DNA of 64,000 bases from the human T2T-CHM13v2.0 reference genome, Homo sapiens, in NCBI RefSeq assembly GCF_009914755.1, contig NC_060934.1. The stretch is one strand, 5' to 3'. A program made the translations under genes and the position numbers. Of the stretch, positions 28,591-46,358 are shown piece by piece. Under the pieces are notes generated by a model, which searched no databases, was not told where the DNA came from, and saw nothing but the letters and a program-made list of their open reading frames with translations. Each line of letters begins with the position of its first letter. The stretch's first letter is position 1.

Positions 28591-30050
28591 CTACAGAGTA
28601 ACGGGTATGGGGGCAAAGAAAAATCAGTACCTGGAGGCCAATTAGCAGCATGGGAGAATTATAACAACTTGCCCGAGGCCTGTATCCAACTGGGTACCAA
28701 ATGAACTAGAACTTTTCACCCTGTACCAAAATAATTTGTGATGACAGCTCTGCCTAATGACCAACTTTCTGTGCCACTTTATACCATGCCTCCCATGAAG
28801 TTCTGTCAGATTTCAACCGCTGGAGGAAAAATATGTATATTTAAGGCTTTTTTAAAATCAGAGCTTGTTGTTTATTTTTCCAATTTGACCGTTAGTGTCT
28901 GTTTAAGTCAATTTAAGTTACAGTGTAATTCAGAATTCTTTACTAGATGTTACTCTATAAAAGGCGTGCTTGATCAGAATGGAAGCTGCAATTTAGCTAT
29001 AGGTCTTAAACTTATGGTATGTAAATACATCTAACAATTAGCACACATTTTTCCATGTGTGCTGGTGGAATTATTACCTACTCTACAAGACCTAAAGATA
29101 TCAGCTCAGATGTCTTGAACAACACACTGATTTTAAATTCCTCCTGCTAGAAATTAAGAATAATCATGGTATTATCTTTACTGTAATGTTTAAGTACAAG
29201 ATAGTAGCTGCAATAATCACTTCAGTAGTGTACAGAACAATATGAAAATCGGGACCAAATATTCTAATAAAGCACACCAAGATAGGAGGATTTCAAAAAC
29301 ATATACAATCTAATAAATAAGCAATGAATGTATGTCAATTTCGATGACAATAAATTAAAATGTATCGGGCATTTCTTAAAACAGCTAGCTGTGTCTAATA
29401 AGTCATATTTTACATAAAAATAATATGAGTAAGAAATTCATGTTAGTAAGGCCTTCAAACAAATCTGTTTTAATGAAAGAACATTTAACTACAATCCTCA
29501 TAACGCAGACTGTGAGGTTCACCACAAGGACTGGTATCTCATGATGCTTTGGTGTTAGACAGACAGGAAGGGCCAATGTGGGGGAGTGGGCAGGAGGGCA
29601 GCATCACACAGCACAGCGGGAGAGAAGGCGCTCCTCTCACACATGAAACCACAACTGTCGCACTTCCTTCAGCTGAACAAATTATTATTTCCGTTAGAAG
29701 CTATCATCTGTTTAATATAAATGAGATATTTAATGAAGTTTCGAATTGTAGACTTATCTCTCCCAGTTTGATAAGCACTGGGGAGATTTAATGCATTGAA
29801 GGGTCAACACAATTACAATTGGAGGCACATCAAACTGCAGGAGAATAATAAACTTGCAGCTCTAGTGAATTAGACTCAATAAGGTTTAAATTGTGAAACG
29901 AGGATTTGTTTCATTTGTTTTTTTTAAAATTGTAGATTACAACTGACAGCTTTACTGAAAAGTAAATTAAATATTCAAGGTCTCTGATGTAAAGAAATAA
30001 AAGAACAGTTTCTAAAAGAATGTAATGCCTAAATTCCAAGAGACTCTGGG

Positions 30051-30088
<38 letters not shown>

Positions 30089-30837
30089 ATAAAACGAATA
30101 CTCTATACCATTAAGAACAAGTATGGTTTTTAAATTAACACACACACTAAAAAGTATACCTACATAAAGACTTGCTATACAAGACTCTATAAACAAATTC
30201 TGTTTACTATACAATAATTTATCAAAAGACAGACAACATATCCTCAAGGTTGCCTGAAAAATGTATTTAATTGAACTGTATAATGCTGCAATTTTCTACA
30301 TGATAAAACCTTTATAAAACTTCTTCTTGAGAAATCCCTAAATATCCCAAAAGGCTATTTTAAAATTTTATAAAGCCAAATAAAAATTCCATTAAAAAGG
30401 AGTACATGCAGGTTTTCTAGAGAAAAACAGTAAGACGTCTGTTCAGAAAAAAACCAAGCACTTGAACATTTTCATAGGAAAGATTCTCCACCTCCCCTAC
30501 CTCTCTACCCATATTTAATTTGCATCTCAAAAGACAGATTTAAATGAAGACATCAATAGTTGACTACATAAATATTTAACAGAAGATACAATGGCTTTTA
30601 ATTTCTTTTAAAAAAACTGATTGGGGTTACAGTTTTGTTTTAAATCTTTTGATGATTTTTTGTTGTTGCAAGAACACCAGCTTAGGAAATAGAAATGTGT
30701 CAGAGGGGGCACCAGCGGCACTGAGGAAGAGAGGCAACCCCAGTGGTCCTGGGAGAATGGCTGGCCTCTGCTCCCCCAGGCCTGCTATCACCCCCTTGCA
30801 GGCTCCTTATATTAAAACCTTATTAAAATTAAGCTTC

Positions 30838-31130
30838 GGTTGGGCACAGTGGCTCACGCCTGTAATCCCAGCACTTTGGAAGGCCGAGGCGGGTGGATCA
30901 TGAGGTCAGGAGTTCAAGACCAACATGGTGAAACACCAAATATACTAAAAATACAAAAATTAGCCAGGTGTGGTGGCGGGCACCTGTAATTCCAGCTACT
31001 CGGGAGGCTGAGGCAGAGAATTGCTTGAACCCAGGAGGCAGAGGTTGCAGTGAGCCGAGATCACGCCACTGCACTCCAGCCTGGCTAACAGAGAGACTCC
31101 ATCTTGGCGGGGGGGGAGGGGGGGTGGTAG
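30838..31130 (+). mobile_element. AluS with a G-rich tract in place of the A tail
   Basis: Alu body; TSD aattaagcttc at 30827 and 31131. Confidence 0.93.
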
Positions 31131-32771
31131 AATTAAGCTTCATTAGAAGAAGAAACCAAAGTAAGCACAACTGCGATTTTCATTTTGTTGTCTATTTGTG
31201 GTTTAATGTGCAAAAATTTTCTTGACTCCAACTAAATACAGTCCCCTGTAGCAGTGGCTGTTTAGCCCCTCAGTTCCATCCCAAGGAAAGTCTTTCTACC
31301 TATTAAAGAACAAAAATAGCTTTAGGTTGCGGCAAGATAACCCACACTCGGTAGGAGTGTAAAGTGATACAGTCTTTTGCTACAGTAACTTGGAAATATA
31401 TTACCACAGGGCAAAAAAAAATCTTATTTTTAACTCTTTGAACAGGCCTTTATTTCATGTTGTGGTCACTATCCCAAAGGAAATAATAAGCTAAGTGAAT
31501 AATGAAAATTCATGTGAATTTATCTGTGGGGTTTAATAAAATCTCCGTTTGTTGTGAGTATGCATTAGCAAGCCAAATAGTGTCTTTCACCTAAAGAAAA
31601 TGTATCCCACTATCTCCACTACAAACACTGAAAAGTTCGTATTGGAATGGCCTTAAACCCCCTTCAACAAACCTAAAACTGGATTCTCACTGGTGATTGG
31701 CAAGATCATATTATTCAATATTTCAGTTTTTTTTTAGCATATTGTATTTTATCCCCAATGCCTAGCGTAGAGCAGGCACTGGTGGAATAATTAGATTAGT
31801 AAATTCATTCCTAAAAGTGAGTGAGTCATAATTTCCTTAAAACACACTACATTATGTGGAAATAGGCTGTTAAAACTGAGGACACGCCATGATGTTGATA
31901 TTAAAAGACATTTAACCTAGATTACAAATATACATTCTGGAAAATATTAGCTTCCAGAGGACAGGTGAACATAAAGCAACTAATGAAAACACAGATTTTA
32001 GTTTTGGAGGAGAGTGAAGGAAGATTTAGAGCACAGTTTCACATTCTCTTTTCAAACAGGACCACATTTATTTTCCTTCACATCCCCATGAGGGCAATGG
32101 CAAGAACCAGAAATGTGAGGTGAGCTCCTCAAGTCAGCACATGGCAGAACCAGAATTTCTCCGATTACATCAGATTCGAAAGCCCATGCTTTTATTGTAC
32201 ACTACTTCCCAACGCAACTGGGATATAAAGTGCCTGAACAACACAATCACAGTCAATTAGATCCACTCACTTGTGTAAGAGAAACAGACATTTTGCTTCT
32301 AAATTACTTTGCCACCTATGTTGGCCTTGCAGCCATTAAAGCAAATCATTTGACCTCTTTGCATTTATTTCTTAATACAGAAAATGAAGAGATTCATAAA
32401 TGATACCTTAGGCCCCTTTCCTATTCTAATATACCTTTCTCATTCTAAGAGGGTTAAGCCTAGAGAAAAAATTCATTTTAAAGAAGTCCTTGATGACTAA
32501 ATCCCCCAATATGAGGTCTAAGACAGAAAGCTCACCTGGCGATATTCTCTACTGGCACTAAGAAAAAGCTTTACATAAAATCACTTCTAACATGGATATA
32601 ATAAAATGCCTGGAAGCTATGTTAAATTACAGTAATTTCTACAAATATTAATGTCTTTAAAATATTTAAAACTCAGCATAATTCTCATATAGAGGCTATT
32701 TTCAACACTCAAGGAATGATGCCTGGCATTTACTTCCATTCCACTCCAGTCTCGTTTAAAAATCTTCAACA

Positions 32772-34235
32772 GAGTGTCAACAGCTTTCTCCACTGTAAAG
32801 TTACTCTTTTTTGCTCCCCTCTCCCCTCTCCCCTCTCCCTCCACTTTCCATGGTCTCCCTCTGATGCCGAGCCGAGGCTGGACTGTACTGCTGCCATCTC
32901 GGCTCACTGCAACCTCCCTGCCTGATTCTCCTGCCTCAGCCTGCAGAGTGCCTGGGATTGCAGGCACGCGCCGCCACGCCTGACTGGTTTTTGTATTTTT
33001 TGGTGGAGACAGGGTTTCGCCATGTTGGCGGGGCTGGTCTCCAGCTCCTGACCGCGAGTGATCTGCCCACCTGGGCCTCCCGAGGTGCCGGGATTGCAGA
33101 CGGAGTCTCGCTCACTCAGTGCTCAATCTTGCCCAGGCTGGAGTGCAGTGGCGTGATCTCAGCTCGCTACAATCTCCACCTCGCAGCCGCCTGCCTTGGC
33201 CTCCCAAAGTGCCGAGATTGCAGCCTCTGCCCGGCCGCGACCCCATCTGGGAAGTGAGGAGCCTCTCTGCCTGGTCGCCCATCGTCTGGGATGTGACGAG
33301 CCCCTCTGCCCGGCTGCCCAGTCTGGGAAGTGAGGAGCGCCTCTTCCCAGCCGCCATCCCATCTAGGAAGTGAGGAGCGTCTCTGCCCGGCCGCCCATCG
33401 TCTGAGATGTGGGGAGCGCCTCTGCCCCGCCGCCCCATCTGGGATGTGAGGAGTGTCTCTGCCGGACCGCCACCCCGTCTGGGAGGTGAGGAGCGTCTCT
33501 GCCCGGCCGCCCCGTCTGAGAAGTGAGGAGCCCCTCCGCCCCGCAGCTGCCCTGTCTGGGAAGTGAGGAGCCCCTCCGCCCAGCAGCCGCCCCGTCTGGG
33601 AAGTGGGGGGCAGCCCCCGCCCGGCCAGCCGCCCCGTCCGGGAGGGAGGTGGGGGGCGCGTCTGCCTGGGCGCCACCCCGTCCGGGAGGTGGACCCAACA
33701 GCTCATTGAGAACGGGCCATGATGACGATAGCAGTTTTGTCGAGTAGAAAAGGGGGAAATGTGGGGAAAAGAAAGAGAGATCAGATTTTTACTGTGTCTG
33801 TGTAGAAAGAAGTAGACATAGGAGACTCCATTTTGTTCTGTACCAAGAAAAATTCTTCTGCCTTGGGATGCTGTTAATCTATAACCTTACCCCCAACCCC
33901 GTGCTCTCTGAAACATGTGCTGTGTCCACTCAGGGTTAAATGGATTAAGGGCGGTGCAAGATGTGCTTTGTTAAACAGAGGCTTGAAGGCAGCAAGCTCT
34001 TTAAAAGTCATCACCACTCCCTAATCTCAAGTACCCAGGGACACAAACACTGCGGAAGGCCGCAGGGTCCTCTGCCTAGGAAAACCAGAGACCCTTGTTC
34101 ACATGTTTATCTGCTGACCTTCCATCCACTATTGTCCTATGACCCTGCCAAATCCCCCTCTCCGAGAAACACCCAAGAATGATCAATAAATAAATAAATA
34201 AAAAAATAAATAAATAAATAAATAAAATAAAAAAT
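32772..34235 (+). mobile_element. SVA retrotransposon, older subfamily (SVA_B-like), full length, antisense to PARD3
   Basis: CCCTCT-like repeats from 32814, Alu-like domain, short VNTR (~33225-33690), SINE-R, AATAAA and A-rich tail; TSD aaaa(a/g)tcttcaaca at 32758-32771 and 34236-34249. Confidence 0.95.
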
Positions 34236-34606
34236 AAAAGTCTTCAACAAATGTGTCCTTTGAGGTAAGTGAAAACAATTTTTCTCTTCTTACTTTGTGT
34301 ATTCCAAAACTGAAACGATGGAAAAGAATGCAGGGACTCAGTTTTTCTCTAAAAAAGTGAAATCATCCTTTAAGGGCTTTAAACAATGGGAAGCCATCTC
34401 TTTTTCTTTGAAGAAAGAAAAAAGAAAACAAACAATGATGGTTTATACAATGTTTTTAAGTGTAGTTAGATAAAACCATTAGATCTAAGAAAAGAAGGAA
34501 AGCAAAGGAAATAAAAATTACTGCCCTCAAAATCACTTTGTTTGCCTTGTCTGAGGGTGACTCTGGAATTTCAGTTTCTAATACTAACAAGACCTGTCTT
34601 TCTTCA

Positions 34607-36050
<1,444 letters not shown>

Positions 36051-36121
36051 CAAGTGGTTTCAGGCAGCAAGGGAGTGGAGATCAGCTAGGGAGCAAGAGC
36101 AGAGTAAAAACAAACAGACCT

Positions 36122-36512
<391 letters not shown>

Positions 36513-36742
36513 TTAGAGAAGACCCGGAGTAGGGTAGCAGAAAACTAGAGAGAGTACATAGGAGACACTTTGAGAATGACATAGTGCCTGCAGATTCCTG
36601 GAAGGCTAAGCAAAATAGGCTAAGAAATAGCTCCCAGAGAATGTCTCCAATGTGCCCTGTCGCGACTAATGTTAGGGAAATACAGGGCTTTAACATAATA
36701 CCTAGTGAAGGGAGCTGACAAATAAATTTAAAGAAAACACAT

Positions 36743-36859
36743 TGGACCAGGTGAGGTGGCTCATGCCTGAAATCTCAGCACTTTGGCAAGCTGAGGCCAG
36801 GAGTTGGAGAACAGCCTGGACAACATAGCAAGACCGTGTCTCTACAAAAATGAAAAATA
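36743..36859 (+). mobile_element. FLAM/Alu left monomer
   Basis: Monomer; TSD-like aagaa(a/g)aca(c/t)att. Confidence 0.8.
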
Positions 36860-37814
36860 AAGAAGACATATTAAGATAATACACAGCACTTCCATGTATA
36901 AGAGAAAGAAAAATGTGACAAAGAACAAAAGATTTTCTTTTACACATTCTTACCTTCCCTAACTAGAAATTAAATATGCAAACCTTGGATTTAAAGATGA
37001 GATAGCAAAATACAGTTTTCTGATTGGCAAAGACTGGACTATACAGCTGATTAAAAGACCTAGAAAGAAAACTCAGCACATTATTTTGGCTTGAGATTTG
37101 TTCAGGACAGCAGGATGCCCTGTGCTTATATCAATATTTACTATAACATAATTTACACATACCCTCCCAGTGTGCAAAGGAGAAGGTTTTCCTAAGGTAA
37201 TGCATAAGTACAACAGCTGAAAAATCATGTCTTATACCTTACTGGAAGCTGAATTGAGATCTTCTGTCTTCATGTAATTCTTTAGTTAAACCCTATCAGT
37301 ACAAAAGGGTTCTTGCTAGTATTACAAAGATAGCACAGCACTCATAAGATTTTTTGATATAATTGCTTTATAAGCTTATGCTGTCCTAAGAAATAGTAAT
37401 AACCAGCAATGTATGAAAATGATACCATAAGGAATATTGAATATTAAAGTCTATTACTGTCTACTGCAGCTGTTTCCTTACTTAAATCATATTCATTCAC
37501 AAAAATTCATATGGAGAAGTGAATAAAACACAGAGATATTTCAGGGGGATTCCAATTTCACATCTCTTACAGGGAATAAAATCAGTGCTTTTATCAAAAC
37601 ATTTTCAGGCAGGTACAGGTTTACTTTGTCACTATTTGGGGGGAACAATAGGGAATAATCTGAATCAGATAAAAGCAGAACACTGATCTTCAGTTCATTT
37701 CTGCATTTTAAGTCCTCCTGTAGCATTCAATGTTTTCTGTGAAGGAAAACATTGAGAAGGTGTTAAAAATTTTAATTGGTCTCTAAAAGACTAAGGTGAT
37801 ACGTTGTCCAGTAG

Positions 37815-37910
37815 AATGCATGCCATCTGTCTTATTCACTGCTATGTCCTCAGGATCTAACACATTTTCTGATACACATAAGATGCTCAATAAATATCTG
37901 TGGAATGAAA
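37815..37910 (+). mobile_element. L2 3'-end fragment
   Basis: tgtcttattcactgctatgtcctcagga...gctcaataaatatctgtggaatgaa. Confidence 0.65.
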
Positions 37911-39020
37911 ACTGTCCTGTGTAATGGGAAAGTATTCAGGTGGCCAAAATAAAAAGGCCTAAAAGAGAATGATATGTTTTGTAAACTTACAGTTGAGATG
38001 TTTTCATATAGTGCTTTGTGGGACTTAAGTTAAAAGATCAGCTAATGATTTTGCAATGAGTAAAAACTACTATTCAATCAGTCCAGGAGGGACGGAAAAG
38101 AGAAAAAAATATCAGTCCAGCATCCTACTGTGAGGGATTAGCTTTTATATTTATCTTACATAAATGAATGTTTGTATGTCCCACTCTTCTCCACTCTGAG
38201 ATTTTTTAGTTAAGGTTATGTTGTTCTCTTGATATCGCAATTAATTTGTTGATTACTGTTAACTCATTCTACATTTGGCAAATAAAAACAACAAAATAAT
38301 TCAGTGGTCAGTGATCTTTCAGAATACGTCACCTCTATATTGACTACCAACTGAGCTCGAGAGTATATTTTCTCTGTAAAATATGCTTGTATCATAGGTT
38401 CAGATGAGTGGTCACTGCAACCTGAAAACGGTGCTTTATGTGTTTATTAAACAGAAGTTTAAAAATTAAGAAAAACTCTTAAACAACTTAGGTATAATTT
38501 TCAGTTTGTATTATTTGCTAATCATTTTATCTTAGTTGATTTGATCTTAAAATGTGGGAATCTGAACATTGATTTAAGAAAAACTTCACATTTTCAACAG
38601 CTCATTTTGCACATGGGCAAGTCTGACCTATTTTCTACAGTTGGCACATAATTTATAATGGATCCATGAAATTTAGCTTTTTTCAAGCTCCAATATTATC
38701 AAGGCAACATATAATTTATTTTTAACTTTCAAATGTCCTATTATACAACAAAGTATGTTTTTCCATATTTGGGAAAATAGATGATCCTACCTTTCAAGAG
38801 AGGATGCCCTGTGTCCTCCTCACCCCTAATTCCAAACTGCAACATACATTTAGAACAAGCAGAGTATAATACAATACAGATCACTGAAAAAGGAGGCATT
38901 CTAAGAGAACAGACTCAATCCCATAGAGAAAGAGAAAATGGGGACTGAGGAAAGAGAGGGAGGTATATGCTATTGATAATCTCACAAGAGAACACCATCA
39001 TCTAAGAAAGCCAGACTGTG

Positions 39021-39236
<216 letters not shown>

Positions 39237-39600
39237 TTAAATAAATGAATAAGCAACTGTTTCTCTGCATGATTCACCTCCCAGGTATAACTCTGCCAAC
39301 TAGAAGAGAAACTGTTGGCTCTGAGAAGGAAGATGTGACCCTGATTTCAAGAAAAAATTCAGCTAAAGGGGCTTTTGAGATCCCAGTGTTTCCTGCTGAG
39401 TTGGCAATAGGAGTATTAATGTCCACTTAGGAATATGTTGATCACAAGAATTAAGAACACAAACCACAATCCACCTACAAAATAATAAAACTACAATAAG
39501 CAAAGATAATTTATGGTCTTTTGATGTAAGGTCCTGGAACCTAATACCCTTTGCCCAAAATTAGGACAGAAATGTAGTTTATTTACAATTTTAGATACTA

Positions 39601-39858
<258 letters not shown>

Positions 39859-40410
39859 TTAGTTAATAAATAAAATAAAAACAAAGCAAAAAAAAAAAAA
39901 GTGGGGAGCTTTAATCCTAATGGATTATGCCCAATTGAACGCTGGCATAATAACGTCTAAGCAGCTATTGTAGCCTGTGTCTATTTCAATCATTTATACA
40001 TTTGTAAATCAAGTCATTATCATAATCTGTTTACCAAAATAGCATACTAATTCAAAGGACACAAAGTGATTACTTTCTTGCTTCCAGAAACACCCATAGA
40101 GGTTATTTAGAAACCAAGACATGTAAAAGCTCAAGGCTATTAGACAGTTGCAGAGAACTGTCCCCTTAACAAATGGCCAGGAAATTTTCTCTAGGCTGAG
40201 AAATAGAGTAAGTGACCCACAAACAGGGGAGGGGAGGGGAAAGATTAACGTCTACTATACGCCCATTCTGTGACAGGACCTATGCCAAGTCTTTGCATTG
40301 ATTAACTTCATTTAACTAGCATGTCAATGGGTTGTATGTTCTGTGAGAGAAAAAATGAAAGGTTGAAGTTATGGACTCCATCCCCACGTGACACATCACT
40401 GATACACCTA

Positions 40411-40734
<324 letters not shown>

Positions 40735-42470
40735 CTAATAGGGAACAAAATTGCACAGCACATTATAGTCCAATGTTTCTTTCTCAAAGTTATTTTTAAA
40801 GACTGCTAATGAGCAGTTCCTTAATCATAAGAGGCAAAATATTTCCATGAAGGTTCCACAGCAAGATCCATGAAAACACTACATCTGCACCCACTCCAGA
40901 AGATTCTTGGAACCAGCTGTTAATATTTTTATGTAGCAATTATTCAATATTGAACCAAACTTAAATCAGATTTGAGAAAGATAGAGGGAAAATGTAGTGG
41001 AAGGACTAAAGACTAGTAGATTTCTAGAGTTCGGGATTTTTTTGGTGTAATCATATATTCTAAACGACAAGAAAAACAGTAACAATGGGAGTAAAAATAA
41101 ATAAATATAATTCATTTATCTCCCTTTTTATGAGGAAATTCTGAAGTTATCAATATATTTAATGTTCACTAATGGTGTTTATTCACAAAAAATAACAAAT
41201 CCTGATCATACAAAATCAGCAGAAAAAGGTATATGGGTTCAGAGAGCCTCTAAAGAATTCTAACATCAACATCTGTGAGACAAAGTAGAGATATACAACA
41301 TCACAGAAAACTTTTCCACAATATTGTAGCATACATAATATAGCTGGTAAATATTATTCAGGTAATCTTGTTTAATTAGTTAAGATTTAACTTCATAGTC
41401 ACCAAGCATAGAAGGAAGACTTTTTAAAATAAAAAACATTTAGGATATACAAATTATTGTTCACCTCCCTTAAAACAGAGGAAGAAATGAAAGCTTAATG
41501 TAGAACTGAATAAAATGCATTAAGATGACAGCCTATCATTAAGAAAGCCTACACTCCAGAAGAGGAAGCACTCAGCCTTCTGAGCTCCTCCTCCTCAGCA
41601 ATCCCGCCCATGACCAAGATTTCCACCATCTCTATACTGGTCATGTCCAAATCAGTAAGGCTAGGATGCTTGTTCAAGCACAAACTCTTGCTCCAACCAC
41701 ATAACAGACACGTGGCACAGGCTCTTCAAGTAAAAACTGAATGGCACATCTAGTCCTACAACCTATTTCTCCTCCTCTTTTCCCACGTTTGAAATATTTC
41801 TCCAGCATCTGTTTAGTCATTCAAGCTTGACTTATCAAATTATAATTGAAGAATAAGAAATACAGTGGTACACAGATATGTAGGAATATATACTTTAAAC
41901 AGATTGTGCTTTTACAGAATGTTCAATAACACAAAAAAAGTAGGTGACTGCATCCTACCAAATTTTTAAAATGTCCTAATAAGAATAAAAATCAACCCAA
42001 GGAATTTGGAATTCAAGGAAATTTGGAATGCAAGGAATTTGGGGCATAAACATGCAATCTCAGATGTCTCAATTAGATAAAATACATTTTGAGAGTACAC
42101 TATCTGTAAGTGAATTTTTTAGATCATCATAAAATAAGCAATATGCTATTTATAAATCTTTAGACCCATAGTAATGTGATGTTTCTAATTTACAAATATG
42201 TAAAGTTAACATTTTATGGTAGGACATCTTTGTGCTATCTCAAAGGATGGCCTGATAGTTTTTAAAGACAAGTAACACTTCAATTACAATAAACTTGCTA
42301 ATGGGTTAAAAAAAAAATTAAAACTTATATAATGAAGAACTCAAAATAAGAATCTGAAAAAATACAGAGTAATAGTCATGTTAACTATGCAAAGTAAATA
42401 CATTTATGATCAAAGTCCAAATAAAGCCTTAAGCCTGCTCATCATAAAAACTAGATTTAAAATATTCCCA

Positions 42471-42857
<387 letters not shown>

Positions 42858-42969
42858 TCAAATATATCAAATACTTTGATACAAAAGTATCTTTATATAC
42901 ATGCTTTGCTCTATAAACATGAATATTCAATATACTTTTTATTTTGGTCCATGTAGCTCAAAACAAGTG

Positions 42970-43255
42970 TTTTTGTTGTTTGTTTTTTTGAGACAGTCTC
43001 ACTCTGTCACCCAAGGTGGAATGCGGTGGTACAATCACTACTCACTACACCTTTGACCTCCCCAGGCTCAGGTGATCCTCCCACTGCAGCCTCCAGAGTA
43101 GCTGGGACTACAGGAACATGTCAACAAACCGGGCAAATTTTTGTATTTCTTTAGAGATGGGGTTTCACCATGTTGGCCAGGCTGGTTTCAGACTCCTGGG
43201 CTCAAGCAATCCACGCACTTTGGCTTCCCAAAGTATTGGGCTTACGTGCCCAGCC
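42970..43255 (-). mobile_element. AluJ
   Basis: Reverse Alu, ctcctgggctcaagcaatcc. Confidence 0.9.
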
Positions 43256-44909
43256 CCTTGAAACATTTACAGAGTACGAAATAATGACTATGTGTGAATG
43301 AACTGCACTACCTCAATATAAAATCTGTTACAAGAATATAAAGTACGGTAAATTTTGATGTTTAAAATACAAAACAACATCAATACACATCATAGTTCCC
43401 CTTGACTTTAAATTTGGAGGTTGCTGAAATAAAAAATTATTCTGTCAATCAGTACTTATAAGCATGGAAAAGCTACATTTGAAAAAATGGAAAACAAGAA
43501 TATTCTTTCTATGGACACACCTAAGTCTCATCACTCACTATGCTTACTTGCTTCAACTCTGGAAGGTTCTTAATTGTTACTTTCTGATTTGAATCTTCAG
43601 TTGCCTTTTCAGTGTTTACTGAGTTTTACATTTCCATAACATTTTACCAAGGCTTACAATTCTCATATTTTTCCTACTTGAAAGATCAGGATAAGGAGCT
43701 GGCTGCATATATGAAGAAAAATTTTAATCAAGTTGCAATATTTTCTGATTGCTGAACTCTGAACCTGTTTTAAAGAAGAGCATATTCTCCAGGGGATAGT
43801 TTATTTATTATAACAACTGCAGAATGGGAATAATCTTTTTCAGCTTTCTTACCAAGTCTTAAGTCATTATTATCATTAAGAACACTGATGTGAAACATTG
43901 TATGTTTCATGTGATATTCCACTATTAATCCATTTGGCTTTTGACATAGACAGAAATTAATGCCAGCTTTTAGAACTTAGTTCTCTGGCAGAAAAATGTT
44001 TTTTAAAAATTGTGCTCTTCAAAAATCATTTGAAATGCTATATTACTGAGAATGTTCATAAAGTCAGATAGTATAGGAATCTCCATATTCTGATGTAAAA
44101 TAGAAACTAACTTTCTATCACCTTGCTATTCCATCCAAATTCTGCACCTTATCAACTGTTTCTCGAATTAAGATCTTTCTACAGAAACGCAAAAAATGTC
44201 TTTTCTTTAACTCACTCCTCATGTCATCTGGGCACAGTCATGTCACTCAAGCACACCTGCCTCACGCACATACATGTGTGTATACCTCAAGTGATTGTTT
44301 TCAGCAACAAAGCCTGTCAGTTCTTCCTTTGCCCATTTCTCCATTACCATTTGTTGTCTTTAAATGCCCAGAATAAAAGGGCACCTTTGCTAAGGAACCT
44401 GCTGAATGGGTATTGTGAAAGCTACTTACTATCCCACCCTCCAGAGAACAGCAGAAAAGATGTACATTTCTATCTGCAGTGAGACAAAGAGTCACAAGTG
44501 GGCACCATCATGGCCCCCTTTTCCTTCTTCCCGAAATCACAGTCCAAAAAACTGAGAATAGAGCTGGCCTATAGGCCCAAATCCACAGTTAATCTGCAGC
44601 AAAGGTGTTATCTATAAAAAAGGAAATAAGAGTTGATTGTGTCAAGCAGCAGAAAAACAATCATGGGAAGGGTAATCTCTGAGCCGCAACAAACGAAAAT
44701 TTGGATGAGAATGTACAAAATATTGTGAAGAGAGGCAAAAGAAACATGGAATGTGCACAAATGATAGAAGACCATAAAATTATAGGAGTGAGCTCAATAG
44801 CCGATTTTTGGCTTTGTAACAAAATACGTGACTCAGCAAAAGTTTCATCACTCCACTATAAATCATTAATTTCTCTCTCTCAAGATCTGCCCTTATCTAC
44901 AGAATTATC

Positions 44910-45215
<306 letters not shown>

Positions 45216-45289
45216 TAGCAAATAGCTAGTAAATTAATGCAAAAATCCCTAGTAAATTAATAACAAAAAGATAAGCAGTCTGCATCAAA

Positions 45290-45800
45290 CAGGAAAAGGA
45301 TGTAAACAAGCCATTCACTAAAGAAAGATGAGCAAACCAATAAATCAACCTCCAAGTACAAGGTTCAATCTTACTCGCAAATCAATCAAAGGTTATCAAA
45401 TTGCTCCATATATTTTCTTCAAATTAATGATATCCAACAAATACTGCTTTGCCATAGAACACTAAAAAATAAATAAAAATAATGATATTTAATACTGGTG
45501 TGGTGAAATGCGCATGTTCTTGCACTGCTGGTGAATGTAAAAAAATGGTACAATATTTATGGAAACCAATTTGACAATGCTTACCTAAACCTTCTACAGT
45601 TTGCCATTTTCTTAAGCTAGAAATATTACTTTTAGTGATATGGCCTACAAAAATAGTTGTGATCATGTACCAAGTTTTAACTGTGAGGATATTGTTTTAA
45701 TTACAATAGCTAAAAATTGACATGTATGAAAGTCAGGAAAATTAAGATCTATCTACACAATGGAATGCCATTCAGCTAATAAAGTGTCTTAGCAAAATAA
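45290..45800 (+). mobile_element. Old L1 (L1M/L1ME) ORF2-end fragment
   Basis: cactgctggtgaatgtaa...ggtacaa...atggaaaccaatttgacaat. Confidence 0.6.
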
Positions 45801-46058
45801 TATGTAAGACAAGAAAGTATTTGTGACTAAGAAATTGAGTTTTACCCTTTGGACTTCCATAACTTCCAGTACACCCATCAAAAACCTCCATAACATATTT
45901 TTATGAATTAATGTCTGCCTTCAAAGATCACTAGAAGCTTCACAAGGTAGGAATTTATGTCAGTCTTCACTCGTGCCTGGGGCATGACATTTATTAACAA
46001 TAATAGGATATGTGGCTGGGACATGATACATATTAGTTAAATAGGTAGACAAGAACAT

Positions 46059-46358
46059 CTTTTTACTTATTTATTTTTTCTGAGATGGAGTCTCGCTCTG
46101 TTGCCCAGGCTGAAGTGCAGTGGTATGATCTCAACTCACTGCAATCTCGCTTCCTGGGTTCAAGCAATTGTCCTGCCTCAGCCTCCCAAGCAGTTGGGAC
46201 TAAAGGCGTGAGCCACTACACCTGGCTAATTTTTATGTTTTTAGTAGAGACAGGGTTTCGCCATGTTGGTCAGGCTGGTCTGAAACTCCTGACCTCAGGT
46301 GACCCGCCCACCTTGGCCTCCCAAAGTGCTGGGATGACAGGCATGAGCCACCAAGCCA
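46059..46358 (-). mobile_element. AluSx-like
   Basis: Reverse Alu, cctgacctcaggtgacc. Confidence 0.94.

Noticed and set aside
32617-34182. Cluster of overlapping ORFs up to 179 aa
   Set aside because: All arise from the GC-rich SVA Alu-like, VNTR and SINE-R sequence
41999-42042. Short tandem aaggaatttggaat repeats (similar small duplications at ~3060-3110 and ~59743-59782)
   Set aside because: Common slippage duplications with no functional clue
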